Below are positions 1 through 9,868 of a DNA stretch of 64,000 nt, one piece after another. A model generated the notes under the pieces. That model was not told the origin of the DNA. It worked only from the letters and a program-made list of their open reading frames with translations, and did not search any database. The stretch lies in the IMG/VR virus record IMGVR_UViG_3300019888_000209. One strand, 5' to 3'. A program made the translations under genes and the position numbers. Source of the stretch: a virus. Lineage: Duplodnaviria; Heunggongvirae; Uroviricota; Caudoviricetes. The first letter of the stretch is position 1, and each line of letters begins with the position of its first letter.

Positions 1-50
1 CCAATATCATCGTCTCCAAACATCGTCGAATCGGCGATGGCGTCGCTCGA

Positions 51-878
51 ATGCGCAAAGTGATCATCGACGCGGAACATTATTATCTGATCGGTCGACG
101 TCTGATGGAATCGCGGCCGAAATTCGTCGCAGAAGTCATCCGGCAGATCAACGAATTCATGGCCGACCCGGCTGCCGTCAAAGAAGTTCCAGATGATCGA
201 ATGCGATTGGTGTATGCGGCCGGTTACGCCGCCTTTCGTTCCACTTCAGAGCTTATCAAAGGCCCGGGATTCGACGAGCGCCAAGGCTGCATGGACAATT
301 TCCGCGCTTTCCTGCTTCAACACGCCGCCCAGGCTTTGCAAGACGTGACCAGCGAGACGTTCCTGAATCATTTCTGGAGCGATGTGCTCTCCGGATTGCA
401 ACGCGGCAAGGCGAAACGCGCCTTTTTCGACATCCGCTACGTCCAGCGGCAAGAGGACGGCTCACTTAAAGAGATCAGGAAGGACGACAAGACAGCCGAG
501 AAGGTCTGCTACATCGCTCCGAAGTCAGTTTTCGATGATTACGCACAGGATTTACGCGCGCGCGGAGAATCCCCCTCACTGGATCTCGGCGATCTGCGCC
601 GGCAGATGGCAAAAGAGAAGTACTGGGTGGCCGCGCCAAAGGCCGAGCCTCGCGTTCATCGCGCTATGGTCAACGGCGCACAACAAACTTGCTGGGTAAT
701 CAGCCTAGGCCGCAACGGAACCGGAACTTTTCTGTTTCCATTCGCCGAAGACCTGGAGCAAATCATCGAACCGCTTCAGGCAGAAGAAGAACCCAGCGAG
801 GATTCCAGCCACGGTTCTCCAGCGGACGAGGATTCAGTGAACAACGAGCTGCTGGGCGGTGCTAAAAACAGCCATTAG
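51..878 (+). CDS. hypothetical protein; true start may lie upstream of the window (in-frame ATG at ~36)
   Basis: 275-aa ORF with mixed, non-repetitive composition; acidic C-terminus; no recognisable motif. Confidence 0.4.
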   Translation: MRKVIIDAEHYYLIGRRLMESRPKFVAEVIRQINEFMADPAAVKEVPDDRMRLVYAAGYAAFRSTSELIKGPGFDERQGCMDNFRAFLLQHAAQALQDVTSETFLNHFWSDVLSGLQRGKAKRAFFDIRYVQRQEDGSLKEIRKDDKTAEKVCYIAPKSVFDDYAQDLRARGESPSLDLGDLRRQMAKEKYWVAAPKAEPRVHRAMVNGAQQTCWVISLGRNGTGTFLFPFAEDLEQIIEPLQAEEEPSEDSSHGSPADEDSVNNELLGGAKNSH

Positions 879-934
879 TTCCATCTGCGACACTCGCTGG
901 CCCGCACCCCATTTCTTTCAAATTTTCGATTTGA

Positions 935-1260
935 GTTCCAGATGGAACATCAGCGATTTCGATTAGTAGCAAAACTGCTACTTTGCTACTAATTTGCTAC
1001 TTTGGTAAGTGCCAAACATCCAGCACTTTACCAGTTTGTAGTAGCAAAGTAGCAACGGACGCTAGAGCCTTTGTTTATTCACTGAACGCCTTTCGGTCGT
1101 GGCCGATCTCGCCGGTCGTCTTGGCCTCGTTGCGAACATACGTATCGTATTTTTTGCTACTTTGCTACTAATCTCTATTATTTATTGAATAAAGTATTCT
1201 TAATGAGATATATATAAGCTAGTAGCAGCGCTGTTTGAATTAGTAGCACGCTACTAACCC
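935..1260. promoter_or_regulatory. iteron array plus AT-rich stretch (candidate replication origin or operator region)
   Basis: About 11 copies of the hexamer AGTAGC/GCTACT in direct and inverted arrangement (e.g. TAGTAGCAAAACTGCTACTTTGCTACTAATTTGCTACT at 964-1005). Palindrome GTTCCAGATGGAAC at ~936, with CATCTGGAAC repeated at ~1288. AT-rich 1176-1215. Lies upstream of an HTH gene. Confidence 0.5.
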
Positions 1261-1343
1261 AAGGGACGCTGCAGCGCCGCTGATGTTACATCTGGAACTT
1301 TACGCTTGCCTTATTGTGAAAAACACGCATTGTCGATCTTCCT

Positions 1344-2252
1344 ATGCCGCGTCTCATCGTCCAACGATCCGGCCGTCGCCGCACAATTCCGCCCTGTGGA
1401 CGCCTGATCGAGTACAAGGAGCCCCATTCCCCTTTTCAGAAATTGATCGATGGGCAGCGCCGGCGTTACGGCCTCTCGGGGCGTGACCTGGCCGACCGCA
1501 TTGGCGTGTCGCAATCATCACTCTGGATTTGGCTGCACAACGTCAACGGCCATCCGCATCCGAAAGCGTTCAAGCCGCATCATCTTCGCGCACTGAGCCG
1601 CGCGCTGAAGATCCCGGAGGCGAAAATCAGAACTGCGATCGACGCGTCGCGCCACCTGTTCACCCCGACCGAAGACCCCATGCCCCATAAAATGCTCGAT
1701 GCGATGGACCAGTTCATCCAGATCCTCGAGAACGATAAACGGGTGCACGTCTCAAAGTCTTACGTGCTCAATCTGGCGAAGAACCTGCGCCACGGCGCAA
1801 AAGTGACGCTGCTCATGTTCGCGTTGTCGCTTGCGGCCGTCAGCGCCGACGAGCTGCAAACCCTCGTCACAACGACCGGGCATCGCTTCGAGAAAGCGCG
1901 CGTCACGGAAGTCACGGCGACGTCAATCACGATTCGACACGCGACCGGCCTCGCCCGCGTGCCGCTTAGCGAATTCCCGCCCGAGATTCAAAGGAAGTTC
2001 GGCTACGACGAGGCGAAGACCAGGGCGGCGTATGCGGAAGCGGCCAAGCAGCAACAAGCGCAGGAGGCCGCAGCGGAGTGGAAACGAAAGCACGACCGCG
2101 CTCGGGCCCGCGCTACTTACGCCGAGACGCAAGAGCGTCTGGAACATGCCCGCGCTATGATCAACGCGGTCTATGACCAGGCAACAGGGCGGTGGTATCC
2201 GTCTGCGGAAGAAGCAGCGCGCGCGAGAGAAGCCGCTCTTCGGTCCCGCTGA
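1344..2252 (+). CDS. HTH (XRE-like) DNA-binding protein with coiled-coil C-terminus
   Basis: Segment GLSGRDLADRIGVSQSSLWIW resembles a helix-turn-helix. Ala/Gln/Arg-rich helical tail. Follows the iteron array. Start codon uncertain. Confidence 0.45.
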   Translation: MPRLIVQRSGRRRTIPPCGRLIEYKEPHSPFQKLIDGQRRRYGLSGRDLADRIGVSQSSLWIWLHNVNGHPHPKAFKPHHLRALSRALKIPEAKIRTAIDASRHLFTPTEDPMPHKMLDAMDQFIQILENDKRVHVSKSYVLNLAKNLRHGAKVTLLMFALSLAAVSADELQTLVTTTGHRFEKARVTEVTATSITIRHATGLARVPLSEFPPEIQRKFGYDEAKTRAAYAEAAKQQQAQEAAAEWKRKHDRARARATYAETQERLEHARAMINAVYDQATGRWYPSAEEAARAREAALRSR

Positions 2253-2605
2253 CCCCCACGCCCCACTTTCCATAATTCTTCGCTGGACAGCCGAAGCAGA
2301 GACAGTCTGTCGGCTCAAGAATTGTCGATCGGTAATTCTTTTCGCCTCTTCGCATCCCGAATTCCGATTTTCTCTGGGCGGAACGCTCGCCGTAAACCTT
2401 ATCCCCCTAGCTAAACGTCGCAAAGGTCGTTTTCACTGGCTGATTTGCGCGGTTTTTGGGGCTAATGGATCGATCATGGCGCGCGCTATAGGAAAAAGGC
2501 GCGCTCTTCGCAGTCGGCGCGCGCGAGTGCGTTAGATTTAGGTGCATCCGCGAAGCTTTCCGGTCACGGCAAGCGGGCACGGTTGCGAACGAAGGATAAA
2601 CACCA

Positions 2606-3802
2606 ATGAAAAATAAAAATCAAGAAATATGGAATATGGGGCGCGGGGTTGCGCGCCATGATGCACTAGCGAGCAAAGCGCGCTTCGCGAAGGCGAAGGC
2701 GACGACACCGAAGCCGGAAGCGTGCGCGCTGCCGGTGGCCGTCGCCAGTCGCGCTGGTATCACGGCACGCGACGCGCAATCGCACGCGCTGGCGGTGCGC
2801 GACACACGGGCGCGCAACGTCGCGTATCACGTGTGGGACATGGCGCAAGCGTTCGCTCGATCATTCCAGCGGCGGTGGGAAGCGGAAGGCGGCAAGCCGT
2901 TTGATTCGTTGCGCGTGAATCCGTTTGATGAGCTCGCGGGCATGTATCGCGCGGCGTTCATCGGCGCGTACGCGCGCTGCAGCGTGTGTCCTAGTGGCAA
3001 GCGCGCGCTGTACCAGCGCGCCAGCAATCAGCTCGGCTTTCGGGCGATGTTGGCGTGGCATCGCGCATATAAGAGCGCATCCAGTCAAGTGCGCTCGTAT
3101 CTGTGGGAGCGCGGGGCGGAAGCGTGTCACGTGGAATCGTTGGCGAGTCCGTACGAAATTCGCCGGTGGGCGCTCACGCTTGGATGGAACAACGGCGAGG
3201 ACACGGAAGCGCCCGAAGCATGGCAAGGGCGCGCGGCGACGGTGGCCGATGCGCCAAGCTTGGACGCGCTGGGACACGTGGGCAGTCCGCTAAACTGGCG
3301 CATGTCGCCAGTTCACGCGCGGGCGGGCGCTGTGCCAGTGGCACGCGTGCGTCGCGAGCTACGCCATGCGCGCTGGTGTCTGCGGGCGTTTTGGATGGTC
3401 AACGCTTCGCGCAAGTGGCGCGCCGGTTACGTTTCCGACTCTCAGTTGTTGCGCGCGGTCACGCTGGCGGCGCGCGGCTACGGCGTGGCGGCGCTTGCGC
3501 CGGGACTGCTAAACAACGGCGACGCGACGCAAGGGCACGGAGCGCGGGGCGCGCGTGCGTGTTCGGACGCGCTACGGCAAGCCGTCAAGCGTCTCAAGGC
3601 GAGACTGCGCGACGGCGACAAGCTATTGACTGACAAGCCGGAAGCTTGCGCGCGAGCGTTTGTCGCGTGTGTGGGCGTGCGTGCGTCGCGTTTGCTCGTG
3701 GCAGATATACTGCCAAGCGCCAAGCGCGAAACGAAGCTGGCGACCGTGCCAGCGCGCGACGCGGCGGCAGATTTCGCGGCATTGCATGGCGTCGCGGACT
3801 AG
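2606..3802 (+). CDS. hypothetical Arg/Ala-rich protein in a markedly GC-rich segment
   Basis: 398-aa ORF preceded by the conserved motif GGATAAACACCAATG. Very GC-rich body with ORFs in all six frames, so coding frame is not secure. Confidence 0.3.
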   Translation: MKNKNQEIWNMGRGVARHDALASKARFAKAKATTPKPEACALPVAVASRAGITARDAQSHALAVRDTRARNVAYHVWDMAQAFARSFQRRWEAEGGKPFDSLRVNPFDELAGMYRAAFIGAYARCSVCPSGKRALYQRASNQLGFRAMLAWHRAYKSASSQVRSYLWERGAEACHVESLASPYEIRRWALTLGWNNGEDTEAPEAWQGRAATVADAPSLDALGHVGSPLNWRMSPVHARAGAVPVARVRRELRHARWCLRAFWMVNASRKWRAGYVSDSQLLRAVTLAARGYGVAALAPGLLNNGDATQGHGARGARACSDALRQAVKRLKARLRDGDKLLTDKPEACARAFVACVGVRASRLLVADILPSAKRETKLATVPARDAAADFAALHGVAD

Positions 3803-3926
3803 ATCGACAAGGCGGCCACAACGGCGCGCGCTGGCAACGGCGCGCGCCGTTTGCTTTTTCGGGAAACTGTCACACGCTGGCGGCGTGGAAGTATGAGCGC
3901 ACAAACAAACGAAAGGAACAAAGCAA

Positions 3927-4211
3927 ATGAGAACGCAAAAAGACAATCAAGCTGGCGAGCGGACGCAGGTTAGTCTCGAAAAATGGATTGAAGAACTTTT
4001 GGCCTCGGTTGACGGGATGTATGTCTACGCCGACGAAAATGGGTGCCATCGCGACCACAGCAATCCCGGCGCCCAACCAATAATCTACCGAGTCCGTGAT
4101 GCGGTCAGTAGTGAGGATGATATTAGTAGGATGGCGTGGATCGAGTGGCTGGAAGAACAGGGCGCAGAAGTAATCTGCGCGGAAAACGCAAATTTGCCGC
4201 AGGAGATATGA
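3927..4211 (+). CDS. hypothetical small acidic protein; N-terminus paralogous to the small ORF at 12540
   Basis: ORF starts MRTQKDNQAGERTQ; the 20-nt string AAGCTGGCGAGCGGACGCA is shared with 12562-12580. Confidence 0.3.
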   Translation: MRTQKDNQAGERTQVSLEKWIEELLASVDGMYVYADENGCHRDHSNPGAQPIIYRVRDAVSSEDDISRMAWIEWLEEQGAEVICAENANLPQEI

Positions 4212-4298
4212 CAAACAACACCGCAGACAATAGCGCTGTATGGCCGCGCGGTGCGAAACGGTCACGCGCTGGCGGCTCGGTGGACAAGCAACGTCTAG

Positions 4299-4586
4299 AG
4301 CAAAAACAAAAGCAGCCCGCGCGAGATTTTCCGGCCTGCCATCGTGGCCGGCGCGTATGCCGTCATTCTGATGCACAATCACCCCAGCGGCGACCCGTCA
4401 CCCAGCCAGGCCGACCACTCGTTGACGCGGCGACTAGCGGAAAGCGCGGAATTGTTACAAATTAAATTGCTTGATCACGTTATCATCGGCGCGGCGGCGA
4501 GAAGCGCGCCAGACGGCGCAACTGATTTCGGCGCGCAAATTTCGGCGGCTGGTTACTTCTCATTCAAAGAGGCTGGCGTTCTATGA
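4299..4586 (+). pseudogene. radC: RadC-like JAB/MPN domain fragment (C-terminal part only)
   Basis: REIFRPAIVAGAYAVILMHNHPSGDPSPSQADHSLTRRL...LLDHVIIG matches the RadC/JAMM motif block (HNHPSG...D...LDHxIIG). An in-frame stop sits immediately upstream, so the N-terminal half of the domain is absent. Confidence 0.6.
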
Positions 4587-4639
4587 CACGCGGCGCATGG
4601 ACAGCGGCGGCGGTCGCGCTTGACGCATTGAACGGCAAC

Positions 4640-4668
4640 GCTTCGCATAGCGAAGCGGCTACAACGCG
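4640..4668. repeat. family-E short form (CGCTTCGCATAGCGAAGCGGCTACA)
   Basis: 8-bp stem, 3-nt loop hairpin; also at ~59445-59475 and ~61012-61040, each translated HSEAAT in frame. Confidence 0.75.
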
Positions 4669-4751
4669 CCAATCTGAGGGCAACGCGCGACCTTTGGCGC
4701 GGCGAAACTTTATGACAAAAACAACAACCGCAATACTCGCGCTGTGCGCGC

Positions 4752-5426
4752 TTGTATTGGCCGCAAGCTGGGCGACCGCTGCGCCGCGTAATCCGCGGAG
4801 TTTCGGACAACATCAGAACCGGCCAAACACATCGCACCACCCGCGACGATAAAAACAAGCTGGCGCGCGGTCCCGCCTCCGAGGCGGGATCACGCGCTGG
4901 CGGCAACCCCTTTATGAACAAAACAAAAACAAAACCCGAGAGCGTCACAGTGAGCGGCGCGGCAAACTTGCCACCGCCCACAGCGAGCGATTTTCTCGGA
5001 GCTATAGGCAGCAAACCGAAAAAGGGCAACGGCAGCACTTATCCAGTGCACCCCGACCCGACCGGCGACGTTGCCAAACTCGTGCCGATCATTAAGCGCG
5101 AGGCATACCTAAGCAGCTTAGCTATTATGAGGAATATGAAAAACACAGACAGCCAAAACCAAAAGGCTGATAACGGCCAGAATGTTATCGACATGCTCGC
5201 GGAGTTTGCGAAACTCGAAATCGACAAAACCGGATGTGTCTTGGGCATCCGCTGCGGGCAAAACCACAGCGGGAACGACCGACTAGCGCAGGATGGAGCT
5301 TACTGTCAATGCGTTGGCTGTGGATATATCTACACCACAGCGGAAATCTTCGCGGCAGTCGGACGCGGCGGACAAAAGGGGACAAAGAAGGCTTACGACA
5401 TACGCGTAAAATATCAACCAGCGTGA
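4752..5426 (+). CDS. hypothetical protein with Cys-rich C-terminus
   Basis: ORF only; CQCVGCGY motif; start uncertain. Confidence 0.25.
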   Translation: MYWPQAGRPLRRVIRGVSDNIRTGQTHRTTRDDKNKLARGPASEAGSRAGGNPFMNKTKTKPESVTVSGAANLPPPTASDFLGAIGSKPKKGNGSTYPVHPDPTGDVAKLVPIIKREAYLSSLAIMRNMKNTDSQNQKADNGQNVIDMLAEFAKLEIDKTGCVLGIRCGQNHSGNDRLAQDGAYCQCVGCGYIYTTAEIFAAVGRGGQKGTKKAYDIRVKYQPA

Positions 5427-5461
5427 ACCCAGAAAAAAGAAAAGACGAAAAGACAAAAAAC

Positions 5462-5854
5462 ATGAAGACACAAAATGTTAAAATCATCGCAGAAAAAGTA
5501 GGACGCGAACTCACGTCGAAGGGAAATTTGAAGATCGGCAGCCACGATCAAGGGAGTCATGGCACACCCGGCAGCCAAGCGTACAACGAGGCGGTCTGCT
5601 ATTACCTGCTCTCCGACGACGGTGACTATCAAGTGGTCATTGATGATCGCTGGGGCAGCAACCAAGGCCGCATTAATAAATGGAACGGTGGGGACATCAC
5701 GAGAATGGACGGCGCAACCCTTGACGAGGTCATACAGCTCGCGCAGGACCATATCGAGTCCATGGATAATGCTGATGGGCTGATGCGTGCTTGGCGGATC
5801 GCATCGTCCGAGGCTCGCGCAACGATGCGGAAAGCTGACCGCGAAGCTGAGTAA
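5462..5854 (+). CDS. hypothetical protein
   Basis: Internal ATG (MKTQNVKII...) of ORF 5234-5854; balanced composition after that point. Confidence 0.35.
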   Translation: MKTQNVKIIAEKVGRELTSKGNLKIGSHDQGSHGTPGSQAYNEAVCYYLLSDDGDYQVVIDDRWGSNQGRINKWNGGDITRMDGATLDEVIQLAQDHIESMDNADGLMRAWRIASSEARATMRKADREAE

Positions 5855-5892
5855 ATGAATCGACTTAGAACATCCGACCGGGCACGCGAAGG

Positions 5893-6237
5893 ATGAAACG
5901 GCGAGCAAGCATGGCGACAAAAAACAAATTTCGTGGCGATGTGCCGACAATCCCGCCACCGCCGGACCGGGCGCAATGGGAAGCCGAACACCGCGAGAAG
6001 CCATCGCCAATTCTTGGCAGTGGCACGCGGCAGGTATGGCTGACGTGGAAAGCTCACCAGGCGCGGCGCTGTATAGAGCGCGACGCGGCCACGATTGACC
6101 GCGACAAGGCAATCAGCGAGCAGGTGAAGCTTGATCACATCTGCGAGCGCGTAAAAGTCGCGTTTCAGATCCCGAACGGCGATCACGTTTTCTTCGACCC
6201 GAGCGACAATCGATTTTGGGTTTACCCCGTGAGATAG
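5893..6237 (+). CDS. hypothetical protein
   Basis: ORF only. Confidence 0.3.
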   Translation: MKRRASMATKNKFRGDVPTIPPPPDRAQWEAEHREKPSPILGSGTRQVWLTWKAHQARRCIERDAATIDRDKAISEQVKLDHICERVKVAFQIPNGDHVFFDPSDNRFWVYPVR

Positions 6238-6333
6238 ACAGCTCGATGTTACCAAAAGCTTTAGTTCTGGTTGGCCGCGAATTCCAGAATTTTTTATTCG
6301 TATGGTTCGCGTGATTCGCGGGCCAACTCTTCG

Positions 6334-6786
6334 TCACCAAATGAGCGACGCTCCCGTGCCCGAACTTTCAGCGTTGGCGCCGGCGCCATCCGCTTCGCGC
6401 AGCAGAGTGTCCCAGCCGTCCAGGTCCGCTTCCATTTCGGCGAGAGCTTCGGCCTCCAATTTCAGAAGCTCGATGTTCGCGAAGCGCGCGGCCTCAGATG
6501 TACTCGAGTTTTCGGCGCTCAGCTCGATGTCGAATTTCTTCGCGGCTTTGCGAATCCGGCCTTCAATCGCGCTCAATTCATCGGCGCTATAACCCTTTCG
6601 ATTTTTCGTCTTGTGAATGTAAGACCAGGCAGCTCTGGTTCTCTTGGCCGTGTCGAGCGGATACTTGTAATTCGCCGGGTCGGCGTATTTCGCTTTGTCG
6701 GTTGGATAACCTTTGGGCGGCGACTTGTGAGTGATCGGCGTCTTGGCATTAGCGATGGCGTCTGACACAGACGCCCTACAAATCAA
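6334..6786 (-). CDS. hypothetical phage protein with a recognisably conserved motif block
   Basis: KYADPANYKYPLDTAKRTRAAWSYIHKTKNRKGYSADELSAIEGRIRKAAKKFDIE looks like a conserved block but I cannot name the family. Confidence 0.4.
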   Translation of the reverse strand: MICRASVSDAIANAKTPITHKSPPKGYPTDKAKYADPANYKYPLDTAKRTRAAWSYIHKTKNRKGYSADELSAIEGRIRKAAKKFDIELSAENSSTSEAARFANIELLKLEAEALAEMEADLDGWDTLLREADGAGANAESSGTGASLIW

Positions 6787-7086
6787 ACATGAACGGCTTA
6801 GTCAAACAAAATCTACCCCGTGAGATATTTCGGCGCTGGCGTGACGATGGAAGCCGGAATCTCGGATCATGTATGGTCAATCGAAGAAATTATCGGATTG
6901 TTGGATTCAAAACTGAGCCAGCGCCGATATTTCTGTGATCGCAAAAGAGTTACTGGCGAGCGAATCAGAGGCCAGGCAAGAGGTATGCCCCCGCTGCGGG
7001 GAACCGTGCAAGACAGCGAATCCGACAGCCGGGCGCGCTCGCCACAAGAGAATGAAACTTAGCCACTGGCACAGATACAAAAGGGC

Positions 7087-9033
7087 ATGGGAAACGCAGG
7101 CGGGATTATCTCACGGGGCGAATCTGTCACGCGCCAGCGTAATGAGGATATGAACCGACACGACCCGATCGCGCCGCACAGCGACGCGGCTACAGGAAAG
7201 GCACAAGGCCAGCGACTTGATGGTGATAATCTCCAATCGGTGCTCGATTCAGGCGCGAACGCCTGGCGCGTTGGCCGGCAACAGTTTTTCACGCCGCACG
7301 AGCTTGGCCGCACGCTGATGTTGCCGTTACCAGCGGCGCGCGAAAGCTTCGTCGATTTGACCATGGGCGCGGGCGCGTTGCTGAGCGCCAGCGGCGCAGC
7401 CAATCTTTACGGAATTGATATCGATTCACGTCTCGCCCGGAAGCCCACTTCTAATAATCTGGAAGCCACGAACCCAGGAAAAAAATCAAATTCATGGCCT
7501 CTCTCCACGGCGAGCCTTCGGCCTGGTTTCCAGATTCAAAATCAAAAATGGCACACGGTGTGCGCTGATCTTACGAGGTTTTATCCGTTGCTGCAGGAGA
7601 TTGATTGGCGCTTCGATCTCTGCGGGTTGAACCCGCCGTTTAGCGTGCGCTGGCATAAGCCGAACCTTGTCGCCCTCATCGATTCGGAGCTTGATACGGT
7701 GCGGCAAACATTCGGGCGCGGGAAGAAACCGACGATCGATTCCGTGTTGGCAACGTTTCTGATCGCGCTCGATCGCATGACCGATCGCGGCGAAGGTTTC
7801 CTGATTTGCACGGCCGCCGCAGCGCAAAAGATCGCAGCCACGCCGGTCGGCAAACACATCTGGCTATGGGTGACTGTCAAAGAAAAATCAGCCACGTCCG
7901 CCAGTCGGACGGACTCGTCCCGTGGCGAGGATGAACACGGATTTTCATTCGACGTGGCAGTGATTTACTTCGCGCGCGCGCATCGCGGACCGGAACCGTT
8001 TCGCCTATCCGTTGAATCTTCTCCTGGATTCCTGGCTTCCAGATTGACTCAATCTCTGGCTCCGATCGCGCGGCAGCGCGCTTTATTGCGCAAAGGTTTG
8101 TCGATCTTTTACCCCGACCATTTTTGCCCGCTTACACGCGAGCTTTGGGATGCGGCGAAGGAGGAATGGCTGCGCGTCAATCGCACAGAGGTTCCCGGCG
8201 ATTACAACATCTGGCTGAGAAAAGACGGGACGATCTGGCGGCACTTGACTCCGTTCCAAACTTGGAGCGGCAAAATCCCGCGCGCCAAAGCGGACTTGTT
8301 GAACCGGCTCGCCGGCCAAACGCCAATGTCGTTGGTAGTGCAAAAGGCAACGCGGCTGGCCTTGCTGGCCGCGATCGGAAAAAATAATCTGGAATCCAAG
8401 AATCCAGGAATTATTTCCGGGAAAAAGGGCTCCTGGTTTCCAGATTCAATTAAATCTTCCCCGTGGCGCGTTGACCCCGATCTTACAGCGGCCGTCGAAA
8501 ACGCGCTCGCCGAATATCACGCGCAACGCGCGCCGTTTTATCCGCTCAACGAAGTGCAACGCCTCGGATATCTGGACGAGGAAGACATGATCAAGTGCAA
8601 ACTCGAAGGTCTAACCGGATTCAAGCCTGGCAAAACCTACCCGCTCAGCTCGGAAACAATCGACGTGGAGCGCCAGGACGAGCGCCTGAATTTACTCGGC
8701 AACATCGAAGAGATAACGCTACAGGGAAAAGAACTCGCCTTTTACATCGAGGACGAGCGCGGCGACAAACACGCTTTCCTGCCCGCCGAAGCCCCCTGCT
8801 CCGCACTGCGTAGCTTCAGCAGCGCGCGTGAAGGAGATTACCACCACGATTTGCACGCGCTCATCCGGTATTTCGAAATTCCAGAAGTGGCGGACGTGGC
8901 GCAGATCGACCCCGACCGATACAATAATTTCGTGAACCAGATCCGCGCAATCGAGTCGGCAGTTAACAACAGAATTTCTCACCACGAAGGACACGAAAGC
9001 CACGAAGCTAAAACAGCAGTAGCCTCTTTCTGA
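7087..9033 (+). CDS. N6-adenine DNA methyltransferase (gamma-class motif order) carrying three in-frame family-A repeat insertions
   Basis: QQFFTP (motif X-like) at aa 65-70, Gly-rich TMGAGALL, then GLNPPFS (motif IV, NPPF) at aa 180-186. In-frame repeat insertions at 7456-7538, 8019-8045 and 8386-8446. C-terminus HHEGHESHEAKT is encoded by CACGAAG heptamers. Confidence 0.7.
   Translation: MGNAGGIISRGESVTRQRNEDMNRHDPIAPHSDAATGKAQGQRLDGDNLQSVLDSGANAWRVGRQQFFTPHELGRTLMLPLPAARESFVDLTMGAGALLSASGAANLYGIDIDSRLARKPTSNNLEATNPGKKSNSWPLSTASLRPGFQIQNQKWHTVCADLTRFYPLLQEIDWRFDLCGLNPPFSVRWHKPNLVALIDSELDTVRQTFGRGKKPTIDSVLATFLIALDRMTDRGEGFLICTAAAAQKIAATPVGKHIWLWVTVKEKSATSASRTDSSRGEDEHGFSFDVAVIYFARAHRGPEPFRLSVESSPGFLASRLTQSLAPIARQRALLRKGLSIFYPDHFCPLTRELWDAAKEEWLRVNRTEVPGDYNIWLRKDGTIWRHLTPFQTWSGKIPRAKADLLNRLAGQTPMSLVVQKATRLALLAAIGKNNLESKNPGIISGKKGSWFPDSIKSSPWRVDPDLTAAVENALAEYHAQRAPFYPLNEVQRLGYLDEEDMIKCKLEGLTGFKPGKTYPLSSETIDVERQDERLNLLGNIEEITLQGKELAFYIEDERGDKHAFLPAEAPCSALRSFSSAREGDYHHDLHALIRYFEIPEVADVAQIDPDRYNNFVNQIRAIESAVNNRISHHEGHESHEAKTAVASF
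7456..7538. repeat. family-A inverted-repeat element (CTGGAAxCCAGGAA...TCCTGGTTTCCAGATT), inside the methyltransferase
   Basis: aatctggaagccacgaacccaggaa...cctggtttccagatt; subtype with internal CTCTCCACGGCGAG. Confidence 0.85.
8019..8045. repeat. family-A half element, inside the methyltransferase
   Basis: ctcctggattcctggcttccagatt. Confidence 0.8.
8386..8446. repeat. family-A element, inside the methyltransferase
   Basis: aatctggaatccaagaatccaggaa...ctcctggtttccagatt. Confidence 0.85.
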
Positions 9034-9081
9034 ATCCGTGTTTCATAAGTTTACCCGCCGTGGCGGGTGTCAATCCGTGGC
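9033..9081. terminator. family-B hairpin (GTTTACCCGCCGTGGCGGGTG) between convergent genes; likely bidirectional terminator
   Basis: Perfect palindrome ACCCGCCGTGGCGGGT immediately after the methyltransferase stop and before the convergent gene 9196-9540. Confidence 0.4.
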
Positions 9082-9195
9082 CAAAATTCCAAAAAAGTGG
9101 CCGCGCCAGCTTGCGCCAACGCGGCCTGATCACCCGGCGCTCTGAGAGCGAAGGATAAACACCAATGACTACCCTAGGTGACGGAGATATGCCAG

Positions 9196-9540
9196 TCAAC
9201 GCGAGTCGTGATCGTCGTAGTCCGTAATTTTGCCGTTGACTTCGTAGCTTCCCCGGCTCAGCGATCTCATTTCGCGCCTATCTTTTGCAGTAGGTGTCCA
9301 ATCGGGTCCGTAGATATTTTGCATCATCGTCGTGAGAGCCTCCTCGTTCTTTGCGATTTCGGATCTTGCTTCCCCTGGATTTGAAGCTTCGCGCGAGTAA
9401 ATGTGGTCAACTATTGGGTCTGTCGGCGCCGGCGGCGTATTCACATGGGTCGTCCACGCAAGCACACAGACGGCAACTGCCACGATGACGAGGTAAATCT
9501 TTAGTAAGCGCGGAATATCTTTTATTTTTTTCATTTGCAT
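9196..9540 (-). CDS. small membrane-anchored protein
   Basis: N-terminal hydrophobic helix LLKIYLVIVAVAVCVLAW. Confidence 0.4.
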   Translation of the reverse strand: MQMKKIKDIPRLLKIYLVIVAVAVCVLAWTTHVNTPPAPTDPIVDHIYSREASNPGEARSEIAKNEEALTTMMQNIYGPDWTPTAKDRREMRSLSRGSYEVNGKITDYDDHDSR

Positions 9541-9607
9541 CTATACGAAACTTTCGTATGGTTGGGGTTAAATAATTGCCGGACCGACGTTACCGCCGAA
9601 TCCGGCA

Positions 9608-9868
9608 GTGAACAAAAACCCAACACCGTTAAATGAAAGGAATTCGTTCTTATGCAAAATACCATTGATTATGAAACTAGCAAAGCAAATCCAGTCGGCG
9701 CGAAAGGCGTTAAGGCTCAGCCAGTCCGAAGCCGCCACCATGTGGCAGATCAATCTGCGCACGCTTCAACATTGGGAGCAGGGAAGATCAGAACCCAAGG
9801 GGCTGGCGCGGATAAAACTGCAAGAAATCATACGGCAATCGAAAAAATCTTCTGGCCGGAAAGAGTGA
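9608..9868 (+). CDS. XRE-family HTH transcriptional regulator
   Basis: LRLSQSEAATMWQINLRTLQHWEQGRSEP is a typical XRE HTH pattern; its TGA stop overlaps the GTG of the next gene (GTGA). Confidence 0.6.
   Translation: MNKNPTPLNERNSFLCKIPLIMKLAKQIQSARKALRLSQSEAATMWQINLRTLQHWEQGRSEPKGLARIKLQEIIRQSKKSSGRKE

Noticed and set aside
2620-3800. Numerous overlapping 60-170-aa Arg-rich ORFs on both strands
   Set aside because: Expected artefacts of a very GC-rich segment. Only the longest (2606-3802) is retained, with low confidence.
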